Assembly (NCBI GenBank): GCA_977017575.1
Contig: CDRNVI010000051.1
Coordinates: forward strand, 186,001 to 250,000
DNA: 64,000 bases
From: Paramoeba atlantica
Taxonomy: Eukaryota; Protista; Discosea
Reading direction: 5' to 3'
Part shown: in pieces, positions 25,263 through 37,299 of the stretch
How the letters are laid out: each line of letters opens with the position of its first letter
Position numbering within the stretch: the stretch's first letter is position 1
Notes under the pieces: generated by a model
The model's database searches: none
Seen by the model: only the letters and a program-made list of their open reading frames with translations
What the model was told of the DNA's origin: nothing
Program-made: the position numbers and the translations under genes

Positions 25263-25638
25263 AACCCCGTTTGAATGCGTATCTGTCACGTTTACTAAGC
25301 TTAATTCCAAAAGCTGAAAATGTTCTTCAAAAGATTCGGAAAATGGCAGGTTGTCTGTTGCTACCGTCTATGCGACACGTTCAAATAAGACAACGCTTGG
25401 AAGGGTGTCTTGTAGGGTAAACATTTCAAACAACATGATTAGCACATCCTCTATCTGGAACCAAAAAGATTAAGAAAAATTAAAAAGAAAAATTAAGACA
25501 AAGGTCCTTGGCGCTTCCAGGTGCTACCACCCAGAGTCACTCCTCCTAGTTGAATTCATTGTTTTTTCAATGCATTATGTACAGTGGCGTGATAGAAGAA
25601 TCTCGGGAGTTTAAGACTTAAAATGAGTTAAACACATA

Positions 25639-27720
25639 CTGTGACCCCCCCCTTTAATATGGACACTTTTTCGGCTTTTGTCCATAATAAAGGGGGGGGG
25701 CGATGAAAGGGGTGTGAAAAAAAATTCGGCGCCGCTTCGCGGCACCTTTTTTACTTATAATACGACAAAAAATCAAATTTGTAAAATCCATGTCCAGGAG
25801 AGAGGGCGAGGAGAGCAGAGGAAGAGGGCGGGGGAGGAGGGCGTCAATGAGGGGTGAAGGGGCACTTCTTCATAAGGGTGAAGGGTACATGGAGGATATA
25901 CATTATTGATGTACACTATAATTAGGAATAAAAAATTAACAACAAGCAAAAAATCATGCATGCTCACATTCAGCTCTATATTCCGTGTAGCTATAAAGGT
26001 TCCATTCAGTTAAATTGTAGATGTTCTAACGTAAAAATCGAGCCCAAACTTCCTACTCATACAAAGTTTCACACAAATGAACTAAAGGTGGAAAGAAAGA
26101 ACTTACGTTCAAATGTGTCCGGTATTTAGGAACATGAGATGCCTGTCTGCATTAGGCAATTCCCGATATACCTCCATTACGTTTTGGCAGAGCTGATCCA
26201 CCGCGTGCGTGGTAAGACAGCTTTTGGGACGTCGAAATTTTTTCCACGTATCAACCAGGGTGGGAGGAGTCTCCTCTGTTTCCGGCACAACAATCGGCTC
26301 ATTTCGTGAAGACTCTATTTGTGGTGAAATTTCCTCACGGACTTTTATCTCAGCTTTCGCTTTTCTGGTTGGTTCACTTTCGGGATCCTTCTCGCTCCAT
26401 GGATACTCTGTAGCTGGTTGCTTGATGTACCTGCGGGCGGCGTTAAGAATAGTGTTGTGATGCTTTACCCATACTCTCGAATGGGCCTCTTTTATCCACT
26501 CCAGCACCAAATAACGAGTTACCTTACACGAAGAGTTCTGTATTCGCCATGCACTGAGCAACTCATTGTACGCCCTCTTAAATAGGCGATTGAATACTCG
26601 GTCGTGAATTTGGATCGCTTTCGTGCACCCGCCAGGAATTGTGTGCGGGTCACAGTTGACGGGAATATCATCAGTGCGATGCCCCGTGAAGTCGTCAGTA
26701 ACGATGGCCGTTGAAGATTGTTCCAGGGTAAGTGGCAAGTATCGGTGCATCATGCGGGGATATATATCATCTCGCACCCATCCAGAAGAGCTCACATCAA
26801 TAAATATTCCTTTCAATTTATTCGCGTAACTCGTCATTTCCGAATAAATTGTTGAGCTTTCTCTGCGCTTCGCTCCGTGCTCAAAAATTACAGTCGGGTG
26901 GAGCGGGTAAACTTCGCCGGCCCCTAAATCATAGACGCCCGCAAGAAATGCGGTTACTGTTTCCTTTGGGTTTGTATCCACTACCTTAGGTTGCGGGCAC
27001 CCTACCGGAGCAAGTGTGTACCCTTGCACCTCTCCATTGACAAACATGGCGGTTTCATCCCCGAAAAGCGCGAAACGGTAGCAACGGACTGTGTTTTGAA
27101 CGTAGAGCTTTTCAGCCCAATGAGAAATTCTGAGGTTCACATCAGCGGGGGCTAAGCACTGTATTCTGCCCCACCGCCGCCACACCCAAACCATAGTACC
27201 GTCTGAACTTCGCATAAGTGTCTTCCAAAGCACTAATTGAAGTCAATCCCGTATTTTGTCGTATCATGTCGATGACGATATTTCTGGTGAGGGGACACCA
27301 TAACGAGGAGGCTTGAACGCAGGAGCGGTGTACCCGTTCCATTGCCTCAGACTTATTGTAGCAAACTGCTTCGGGATCATTGTAGTCGCCTCCTCGAACG
27401 TTAAAAGCACGATTCCTGTGGTTGCTCCCCATGGAACGATCAATGAGTTTTTGAAAGTAGCTCATACCGTGGCTACGGATTTCATATACTCCGCTTCGCG
27501 AAATTCCGTATTTTTCTCGGATTCTTTTTACCGAGAGAGTCGATCGGCAGATTTCGCGCTTCTCGTATATATTAAGCTCAGTTCGTCCCCTTTTCTCCTT
27601 TACGTGGATATCTAAAGAAGCGTGGACATTGCGCTCATTTGTAATCAACATTGTTGGATTACCTACCTGTGGCTTTGGGGGTGTTGCCTTAATCCAAGAG
27701 GTTAAGGGTCCTTTCCATAT
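25639..27720 (-). mobile_element. pogo-like element (HTH ORF 27142-27765 and DDE ORF 26109-27233, frameshifted); only one TIR retained
   Basis: TA 25637-38 then CTGTGACCCCCCCC TIR; DDE_1-type motifs VTDDFTGH and IPGGCTKAIQIHDRVFNRLFK; near-identical to 5462-7003 at both ends. Confidence 0.88.
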
Positions 27721-28329
27721 TTTTAAGAATTTCATATCTTTAAGAATTTCTTTTAAGAATTTCATATCTTTATTTCACTATTTCTATACCCAATTTTAGT
27801 ACCCAAAACGTTTGGCATACAAAATTATTATTTAAAAAAAAAAATTAGGGTACATTTTCGATGGCATTAATCCTATTTCTTTTTAAACTTAAAAACGAAG
27901 CTTACATTTTTACCTTTTGTATTTTAAGCGAATGGTCGTGCGTGGTGTTGTGCACATGAAATTGAAGAACAGGAATCGGAGCTCGCTTGGTTCATCCCGT
28001 TCATCAGGCGCTTCTTCCCGTTCACTATCGCCTTCGACATCCCCTTCATCTTCCCCTTCATTATCACCATGGACATTCCCTTCGTTATACATTTCATCGT
28101 CTTCTTCAGCACCATCATCATCATCACTTTCTGATCCATTAATCGCTTTCACCGGTGCGAAATTACCACCTTTTTCTTCTCCCAGCGATCATCAAGTTGA
28201 ACAGGGAGCTTTACCTGTTGGTCCGCTTTGGTCTTGGATAAAGACCAATCCCCCTGGTCCACGAGTAGGGCCCTTTATTACTTCTCTTTATGACACACCC
28301 GCCGATGTCCCAACTGTGTTAGTTAAGGG

Positions 28330-30018
28330 TTCAAACGAACTAACGGCACAGGAAAAATTAAAAATGGTAAAAGTAATCTCACGGCAAAGGAACTTAGCGA
28401 TCAATATTCGGTGACCTCCCGCACTATATATCGCATTAAAGAAAAGGGTGCAGTACATTACCAAGCAATAATTATTATTGCTTGGTAATGTTATTATTAA
28501 TAACGAAAGCAGGATGTGGAAGCAAGCGGCTGAGAAAATTTAATAAGGACCGGGAAGATAATATTTTAAAGGTACAAGAAGAATTGAGCTCCATAATTAT
28601 TATGGAGACTCTATTAATAATAGAGACACATTGTGCTATTACTAAGGAAATGGTTTTTAACGCAATGGAAAAATATGGTGTTTCTTCGAAAGGTCTTTCC
28701 GATAGGATTTCTTGCAGGCCTGTATGACATCAAAGAAAAACGGGTCTACCGGCTTCCTCCGACAATCATTTTTACTTCCCCAGAGCAAGAAGCAGCTAAA
28801 TCTCGCTTACTAAGGGAAGTTGCCCGTATAGCAGGCAACATGCACCACTCTGTGTACGTTGAAGTATCTAATTCAGGGTGGACAAACCTTCATCTTTTCA
28901 CTAACCTTTTAAAAAAGCATATAGATAACATCAGCGATCACAAACCACCGACCGTCATTTTGGTAGATGACTACACGGCTCACCGCACGTCCGACCTTCC
29001 GACGAACTGCGACATGCATCGTATCGCTGGAGCCTTTACGCCCTTTATTCAAGTACATGACAATTATTTCAAAAACAAGTTTAAGAGACTGTACCATGGT
29101 CCTCTGAAGAAGTGGAAAAAAGAAAATCCCTTCATTTCAAAAGTGTCTAGAGAGGTATCGATGAATCTTGTTCATTACGCGCATGAAAAAACATGGAAAC
29201 GGTACCGCGAAGGATTTTTAAGACTTCAACTCAGTTCATTTTAAATCCACTGACCCGTGGAATTGGAAGGACTGCACCATCCCATCTTCACAAAGGAAAA
29301 CCCAGAAAAAAGAGAACAAAGAAGTCTCTCCTAGTAATGACGAAGAGAAGAAAGTCAGTTTAACCTCAAGACCTTTTTGCGTACCTCCTTTTGTAACGCG
29401 TGAAGCTATGGCATCAATTTCTCGCTCAAGCACCCCTAAACCGGCGGAGCCCTCTGTTACCCCCGAATTATCAGATCAGTCTCCGAAAGCAGATCAATGG
29501 GCAAGTCTGCGATGAAAAAGTGCAATGATTCCATCCAACAAACTTGATCTTCTTTCGATAAATTTTTTCATGTTTATAAAGTGAAATTCCCTTCTGAGGA
29601 AGTTCTTTTTTGGAACGTTCAGTCTATGCTCCTAATTATGGGGCGAGCTAAATTTCCTTCTCAAGCTTCGCATCGTACTAGAATATTTGCGTGCCTCTAC
29701 TATGCGTACTATGTTCTGGTCCATGTACGGAAGCATATTACGGTCTACGACAGCTTCAATAGGCACGCGCTTCAAATATTCAATGCTAACGTAATAATAA
29801 ATTTATTTAAGGATCATCTGTGTGAGCATTTGAAAACGGACTCCTCGCCGTATTTAATAGTACCAATGAGTTGTCCGTAGCAAAGTTCCGGTGAAAACAG
29901 TTGTGCTATTCACGTGACAAATAATCTGTATCACACTTTATTTGAAGTGCATGATATTAACATCATTTCCCGTCGAGACATTTGTGAAAAATGGGTTCCG
30001 ATAGCTCCTGATGTTTAG
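28330..30018 (+). mobile_element. Diverged pogo-like transposase pseudogene with C-terminal Ulp1/C48-like protease domain
   Basis: ELTAQEKLKMV..ELSDQYSVTSRTIYRIK (psq-type HTH); VILVDDYTAH, IAGAFTPFIQVHDNYFKNKFK; then HITVYDSFN and CP*QSSGENSCAIHV (cf. YYDSL, PQQxNxxDCGVFV). Confidence 0.7.
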
Positions 30019-30597
30019 TTCTATCCCATATTTCGTAACCATATTGTACTTTAATGCAATATACGATGCTTAAATTTTCCACAATTTTGCTACTCTTTTG
30101 GCTGTTTTAACCCGTAGACGCATGTCTTCAGCTTATACATGTAGTACTTATACATGTAGCTTACTACATGTAGTACCCCATTGGGTTAGAAAGGAATTTT
30201 CCTAGGCGATAAAGATATTGAGGGAGATACTACTCGCTCGTTACCCAGTAATAATAAAAATTGACTCGAAATTTGGCCTGAAATTTGGCGCGAAAAATCC
30301 GGAAGAAGTTTTTTTCGCAAAGAACTAAAGGCAGCACCATAAATAGTTCGTTTTAGTAAAGAAAAACTGCACCATTTGGACGACTCGAGACCCCCTTCTT
30401 CGGAAGCGATTTGCAAACCCCAATTTGCCACGTATGCGTTTTTCAACTTGAAGTGTAGGATACGCAAGACCGTAGAGGAAGGAGGAGGCGCAAGGCAAAA
30501 GCAGAAGGCGGAGCCTTCTGCCTTTTCGCCACAGCGACGACGACATCCTCGCGTGGAAAGCTGTAAGGAGTCCTAGGGAACATGTTTTTACTATGTA

Positions 30598-30778
30598 ACC
30601 TAGGGTAATGTGGACGAGGGAGATACCAATAGTGTGGGTGCGGCAGTTTCCACAGGAAAAACGGTATCTCCCTTATGGCATGAAGACAAGCATCTAAAAA
30701 GGTAGAGATGCCGTTTTTCCTGTGGGAACTGCAGCACCCACACTATTGGTATCTCCCTCGTCCAGTTTACCCTAGGTT
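30598..30778. mobile_element. Palindromic MITE-like element with about 70-bp arms
   Basis: acctagggtaa.tggacgagggagataccaatagtgtgggtgc.gcagtt.ccacaggaaaaacgg.atctc and its reverse complement around a short spacer. Confidence 0.85.
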
Positions 30779-30825
30779 TCTGTAATTACATGCTCTCACT
30801 TTTTTTGTGACCTTTTTTTTGTGCC

Positions 30826-30935
30826 CCCATCCTAGTTATCTGTCCGACACTGGTCTGCCTAGTTATCTGTCACACCGCTACCCCCCCTAGTTATCTGTCA
30901 CCTTTTAACTAAAAGTAGTGACAGATAACTAGTAG
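30826..30935. repeat. MITE remnant with repeated CTAGTTATCTGTCAC motif (three direct, one inverted)
   Basis: Same motif forms the TIRs of 39338-39393. Confidence 0.75.
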
Positions 30936-30977
30936 TAATATTGTATCGACCACGAATTTTTGGTCGACACTAATAAA

Positions 30978-33389
30978 CAGGGTTCGCAGAAACTATAATA
31001 TAGTAAAATATAGTTTTTTTATTGAATATAGTTACTATATTTACTATATTTTACTATAAAACTATAAGAAAACTATAAACTTTTGTTGCATTCCAAATGG
31101 TATTTTTTGTGTAAGTGAGTAACACACACGCGTTTTTATACGTCCATCGTCACTCCACCTCCGCACTTAGCCTGCCCAAAGCCAAAAAAAAATATAGCCC
31201 AAACTCGAAGTATCCGTTTTTAGTAAATAGTGGATAAGTCTACTCGCTCGTAGCAATTGCGCTTTTTGTATTCTACAGCATATTCCGCGGCATGAATTTG
31301 AACGAGAGTCAAAGAGTAGCCCTGCTCACATAATATTTGATACACCTTCGCCACGCCCCCGTACTTTACAGTTCCTTGGGGGTAGAACCATTGCCCCCCT
31401 ACCCAGATGCAATAGTTCTTCAGGTCCGCAGAAATCATAGTAAAAACTGACTTGCAGCGGTACAGACTCCAAAGAAAATCCATCTCCGACGTGTTCACGG
31501 AGTCTTGTTTCATAAGAGAGGAATATTTATGAGCAATTCGTTGCCCCTGGGCTTTCAAAGCGCTGATTCCATCTCCTGTTGCTACGTGGGCTACCTCGGC
31601 GACCGGGTCCAACTCAACTTCTATTGCCTGCGGGAGCAGATTCTGCTTCTCCACGGAAGAACGTAAACTACATCGAATAGATGTTTCTGCCGCCACCATT
31701 TCTGGAGACATACGCGCACGAAGATCATCATATATAAATCCCACGGAACTAAACAATCGCTCACAACTTGCCTCAGAAGCAACAAAGGAAGTCAGCTTCA
31801 GTGCCGCCCAAGACAAATGTAAAAATTTGCTCTTAATTGATAAATCCGACCAAAACTGAAACATTTCACTTTCTTCTTTTTCAATAGAGGAACCTTCGCT
31901 CATGTTAAAAAACTCCTGCACACGTCCACTAAACCACAATTTCAAATCTTGACGCACTCCCGACTCGGGCGCTTCTTTATTAGGGGTTTTTGACTTTATC
32001 GCTAATTGCGAGCAGCACTTGCTGAGTCCTACGATGCAAGACCGTCCGTTCCAGTCAATGCATGGAGACAGTGATGCAGCAAGAAGATGTTCGTGTCGTA
32101 CTATTCGCATGAGACGATCAGCCAAGACCATCCCATGTGGCTGAGGTACGTCATTTATTAGCTATATCCACATTCGCATTGCCGTGGGGAGCGTACAATC
32201 ATCTCTTTCCATGAATCTGCCAACAATGCGATAAATGAGAAGCGAATCAAGCCACGAAAACATTCGAGCTTTTGCCGTAAACGCTTCCCAATTAGAATCA
32301 CCCAGAGCACGCTCGACCGAGTCAAAGGTCGACCACCAACGTGTCGGACAAGGCGCCCGCCACTTTTCGTAATTTTTTCCGAGGCCTAAAATCTCATCAG
32401 TATTTTCCATCCGCATTATGTGCCCCATGCAAAGTTGAAGCGAGTGGACCATGCAAACAGTGTAAGCTATTCCACTCTCTTCAACGGTTATCATTAAACC
32501 CTTTTTGATTCCAGCTCCTGCGTCTGAAACCACGTGCGCCACAAAAATTCGATCGGCGCAAAGCTCCTCTATAACCTCTTTTAATAGAAGTTGAAAGGCG
32601 GATGCATCACTTGCGGGCATGGGTCTGACGGTCCAACACATAGACACACCATTGTTGATCATTGTAACGGCGCAGGTCGTACGATGGTGAAAAGTGGCTG
32701 TGTCTAAACATAAACTCACATCCGAAAATTTAAAACCAAGGTCAACGCACATCTTTAGTCTAGTTTGTTTTGCATACTCAATGGTCAGTTGGTTTAATTT
32801 TTCCCTTCGAGGTGGAGTGGGACACATGCCTCGTACAATTCTGTTAAGAAACAAAGGATGCTCAAGAAATTCCGAACTCTGCTTTCCAAACTATTATATC
32901 CTTATGGTCCTGAGGTTTGGACGCTTGTGAAGAGATGTTTAACGTCGGATTTGCACGTCGACGCTTTTCGTTTTGTTCAGCACACCAGGCATCATATTTT
33001 TTCTAGTGTTTCACTAAGTGCTTCTCTGCGGAATGATAATCTGTCGATAGCCCTCTTGGAACCAAAAAACGCTTCTTACTTCCCTCCTCACACAGGTTGC
33101 ATTCCACCGCTGGTTTCTGTCCTTCCGTGCGCGGTACTTCACTAAAATAGTCTTTACAGAAATTTCCACTCGTCAGTTTCGTTTCGGGCATCTGTTTCGG
33201 TTTTAAAATGAAGAAAAATTAAGAAAAAAGGGGATAAACACACATTTGCATATGACTAGGATGGGTCAAAGGGCTTAAAAGCACCTTGAAATACGAAGAA
33301 AAAAAATATAGTTTTTTATAGTTTTTGAAAAAAGTTTATAGTAACTATATAGTACTATATTGATAGTTTTATAGTTTCTGCGAACCCTG
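30978..33389 (-). mobile_element. hAT transposon, full-length but inactivated (two in-frame TAGs, one frameshift)
   Basis: TIR CAGGGTTCGCAGAAACTAT at both ends; 8-bp TSD CTAATAAA (30970-77, 33390-97); BED finger (VECNLC..KHLVKH), LCLDTA, VVSDAG, TRWWS, ASEASCERLFS. Confidence 0.93.
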
Positions 33390-33857
33390 CTAATAAATAC
33401 AATATTTTTTGTTGATTTCCACCAGTTGCCACTGGCCTCCAAAAAGTTGGACATTATCATATCGGATCTGTGCAAACGTATAGTGAAACATAAAAATAGG
33501 AGAGAAATCACTCAGCTTCCCTCGAGATGACGATTACGTGGCCGCGTACATCAGAACTCATTATGCTAATTTCCTGCAAATTCGAAAAAAAACAACTAAA
33601 GCTCAGGTTAAAACTCAAAAAAATGGTCGACACTAATAAATACAATACTTTGTGTATCGGCCATTTTTGTGAACAATACTTTTGAGCGGGGGTGTAAAAT
33701 AAATAATTGTGAAATATTAATTCGTAAACAAATTTCGAAATGACGAGCTGTATTCCGTATGTTTCCATAACGCAAAGGACAAACACCTTCGTCACTGCAT
33801 GCTTACCAATAATGTCTTTGAGCAATTTAAGGTGCACTTTCCTTAAAAAGGTATTTT

Positions 33858-33954
33858 AGTGGCTTCGTTAAACGCGGAGGTAGTTTTCAACGCTAAGCGC
33901 GCAGCATGAGTAACTTCTAAATTGAAAACAACCACCACGTTTAACGAAGCCACT
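33858..33954. repeat. Fold-back repeat (family also at 62505-62576 and 62751-62938)
   Basis: Arms agtggcttcgttaaacg..ttttcaa / ttgaaaac..cgtttaacgaagccact around a conserved asymmetric loop. Confidence 0.85.
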
Positions 33955-34145
33955 CAATATTAGAAATTTCCACCATGTTTACTGTACTTTTTGGTCAAAA
34001 AAAATTAGTCATTTTTTTTCGGATATTTTTTTTCAAACGGCACTACAAGTGGGGGGGCACAGTAGTACCAAGAAATTATACACTGTGGAAGAGCTCGGCT
34101 TAGGTATGGACTTATGGATCATTGAACACATTTGCGGGAAAGGGA

Positions 34146-34706
34146 CTATTTAATAACTATTTGTGTACCAGTACAAATATAACTAAAGTTTTCTCGTAAA
34201 TCGCTAAACTGAATCTCACCTCGAAGGTTCGGGTTATCAGAAGCGTAAAAGGAAACTAACGTTCTCAGATCAGAGGTCGTAACGAAACCTGAAAACTGGT
34301 TTCGAGAAAGAGAAAGAGTGCGCATTTGCCCAGGGAGATGCGCGAACTCAAGAGGGCCGTGAAATAAGTTTGCCGTGACGTTGAGATCCGTCATGCTGCG
34401 CGGAAGTTGTGCAAAAGGAATAGTTCCCGTCAACCTGTTAAACGCAAGGCGAATGAGCGTTATCGAAGAAGGCAAGTACTCCCACATTGGTACACCGGAC
34501 ATGTCTCTATCACCCCAGTCGATAGACATAACTTCGTCAGATTCAGAATCACATGTTACGCCCCTCCATTGACATGCAGGAGTGACAGTATTCCACGTTG
34601 AATCGATCTTTTCCAAATGCTGAATGTATCGCTCAAGGTCGTATTCTACCGGTAAACTCCCACCTCGTAACTTTCCTAGTTTGGAATGAGTTGGAACGTG
34701 ATCCAT
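34146..34706 (-). CDS. Short LRR protein, same family
   Basis: SKLGKLRGGSLPVEYDLERYIQ, WNTVTPACQWRGVTC; close paralog of 44376-44966. Confidence 0.9.
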   Translation of the reverse strand: MDHVPTHSKLGKLRGGSLPVEYDLERYIQHLEKIDSTWNTVTPACQWRGVTCDSESDEVMSIDWGDRDMSGVPMWEYLPSSITLIRLAFNRLTGTIPFAQLPRSMTDLNVTANLFHGPLEFAHLPGQMRTLSLSRNQFSGFVTTSDLRTLVSFYASDNPNLRGEIQFSDLRENFSYICTGTQIVIK

Positions 34707-35196
34707 GTTTGCAAAAATTGGTAGGGAATCTACTTACAAGTACTGAAAGAAAGGATCCACAGTTTTAATAAAGGACATTATTTAATGTCCTTAGTACACT
34801 ACTATTTAATAACACCACCATTTACGACCGAAAACCTTTTAGATCTATGATTTATGGATTTAGATTCATAGAAGATTCATGGAAATATCCAAATTACCCT
34901 TTCAGGTGTGCATTAAGTCGCGGAACGTTTGATTGGGGAGATTTTTTGCGAAGGGATAAAGCAGGCGAGCCACATCGTAAGGGGTTGCGTCTGCAGACCA
35001 AAACGAGATCACGCGAGATCTGACCGTGATGGAGTGCATCGCAAACGCCAACATAAATTTATACGCCAACATCTATTATACGTACCCAGAATACAAAACA
35101 TAAGAAGGCTAGGGTTGGAAAGTTAACTTCCCTCGAAAGAAAGGCTTACTGAGAAGGAGAACTTCTTAGAACTGCCTGGCTATGAATTGTAGCGGC

Positions 35197-36879
35197 CTAG
35201 TATGCCACCTTCTCGCACTTTCGAATATCGTAAGTATCTTTACGCAACCGGGTGGCCACAATACTCCACAAGTCCCACGGAGAACATCCATCTGTTTCGA
35301 GCGAACGAATCGAAAGAAAATCCGACCACAATGGTTTATTTCTCTCCTGTCTCGCACTTTTCAGCGATTCCTCCATTTCGGACATCCAATCCCTGTTCCT
35401 AGCACGAGAACGCATCAAACTATTCCTGGAGGCAATCACCTCATCAAATGATCGGCCCAAATGCTGTGTAATCCGCGATGAAAGATTAGTCACGGAGTTT
35501 AAAAGTGTCTCCGTTAACTTTAAATCTTTACGGTGCAAAAGTGCGCACAAACGAGCCTCCCCGACGTGTTTCCACCACGGCTTTTCTTCGCCTCCTACAT
35601 GTCCGGACTCTTCATTAGGCTGCCTCAACCTCTCATCTCCTCCTTCTCGGAAACTTTCCTTACACAACGCGTATGCAACCAACAACTGCAACTCCGCGGA
35701 GGCATCAAAACGGTGATCCAGATCCTCATGACGTAGCAACTTATTGCGTGCAAAATAAACCTGCGACCGCAGCACTGTGTTAAAGTAGAAACAGGAATCT
35801 TCAAAGTGCTTGTTATCGTATGCTCGATCGCTGGCATATTCCTTTGTGACCAAACGACACTCCGTGGAGGTTGCACGTGTCCAAACCGGAAGAAGTAAAT
35901 CCCCATCTAAATAAGATGTGCTCTGCTCCGTATGTCTCATCACCTTTTCAGTCCCCGTGATATCATACTCCATGTAGGGAAGGCGAAATTTGAGCAAGCT
36001 GTACTCGGGACGCATAATACGATGCCAGTGTCTTTGAGCCGCCATATTGTCCCGGACATGTTCCTCAAAATTAGAGCACTCTAAGGACCCGGAGCGGATG
36101 TCAGAGATAAACAACAGCGGGGTAAATGCCATCGCGGCCTCCGCCAGCGACGTGATCCCAGCCGGAAGAGCAAGCGGTTCTTCGGCGATTTTCGCCACAT
36201 TTTTCGTACCGCTTTGGGTTGTGTAAGTCTCCTCCATCTTTGTCTCCTCTTCCCCATTCGTCAACTCAGCACCCATCCTTGTCTCTGTACTCCCCCTTCT
36301 CCCATACCCTTCCTCTACACAACAGCGGTACAAAAACCGCAACGCCGGTGTTTTCACCATCCGTTTCGCCGCAATCCCATACGCCACCTCATTCGTAAAA
36401 AACTGCTGTCGAAGCACCAAACCCGAAGCACCCACCCGGTTTCCCCCCCTTTCCTCTTTTTCACCCTTCTCCTCTGCACCCTTTCCTCTCCATCGCTTCG
36501 CTCTTCTGTGGGTTTCCTCCCCCTCCCCCCCCTCGGGGGTCTCCGCGAAACGGTTTAACCCCGCATCAAACGGACACGGGTCGACCAGTTCGAATTGGGT
36601 CCGGTCGTACATCTCAAGTAAGGCCTTTACGTGGGTCCCCGGGGCGGCCCCCGCGTAGACGACCCAGTAGTTCTTTCTTGGGTTAGCGTACAACGAGAGG
36701 AAGGCGATCTCACTCATCAGGAGTTTGCGCTGTCCCCAGTGTGTGGTGGACTTGGGGGCGTGGGTGCGACGGGCGTAGGGGGCGGCGGGGGTGGAGGGGT
36801 CGAGACGGAACGGGACGAGCGCGGTGGAGGGGTGGTAGAGGAAGGGAGAGGGGGGAGAAAGGGGGGGAGGGGTGGTCAT
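35197..36879 (-). CDS. Poxvirus VP39-like cap-specific 2'-O-ribose methyltransferase (kinetoplastid MTr2/MTr3-4 family)
   Basis: HWGQRKLLMSEIAFL, VVYAGAAPGTH, FELVDP, LLFISDIRS, LLKFRLPY, LPVWTRATSTECRL. Confidence 0.9.
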   Translation of the reverse strand: MTTPPPLSPPSPFLYHPSTALVPFRLDPSTPAAPYARRTHAPKSTTHWGQRKLLMSEIAFLSLYANPRKNYWVVYAGAAPGTHVKALLEMYDRTQFELVDPCPFDAGLNRFAETPEGGEGEETHRRAKRWRGKGAEEKGEKEERGGNRVGASGLVLRQQFFTNEVAYGIAAKRMVKTPALRFLYRCCVEEGYGRRGSTETRMGAELTNGEEETKMEETYTTQSGTKNVAKIAEEPLALPAGITSLAEAAMAFTPLLFISDIRSGSLECSNFEEHVRDNMAAQRHWHRIMRPEYSLLKFRLPYMEYDITGTEKVMRHTEQSTSYLDGDLLLPVWTRATSTECRLVTKEYASDRAYDNKHFEDSCFYFNTVLRSQVYFARNKLLRHEDLDHRFDASAELQLLVAYALCKESFREGGDERLRQPNEESGHVGGEEKPWWKHVGEARLCALLHRKDLKLTETLLNSVTNLSSRITQHLGRSFDEVIASRNSLMRSRARNRDWMSEMEESLKSARQERNKPLWSDFLSIRSLETDGCSPWDLWSIVATRLRKDTYDIRKCEKVAY

Positions 36880-37299
36880 GGGAGGATGAAGGGAGAAATG
36901 GGGTTAGGGAGGAAAAAGGGTTGTGGGGGTTGGTTTTGGTGATGTTTTTATTATTTTTTAATTTTTAAGCTTGTTTGTTAAAAGCTTGTTATACGTCCTT
37001 ATCCTTGTCGTACGTATTAAGCTTGCTATAATCATTGTGCTTGTTATACTTGGAGGGGTGACTCTGGGTGGGAGTGCCTGCAAGCGACAAGAGCTGTCTA
37101 AATTTCTTTTTTTTACGCTTTCTGAACCGCCAAGGATTTATTTTTTTTGCTTCACTTAGAGGGTATGTTAGTCATATGATTGGAAGGTTAACTTTAACGA
37201 TAGAGCTACAGTTTGAAAAAATGCAGTTTAAAAGATAAATGTGCAGTTTTAAAAGAGATACATTTTAAAGAAACCCTCGTGTTTTCTTTGGTATTACTG

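Noticed and set aside
27910-28152. Acidic 80-aa ORF and the opposite Ser-rich ORF
   Set aside because: Low-complexity sequence upstream of the pogo HTH; no independent coding support.
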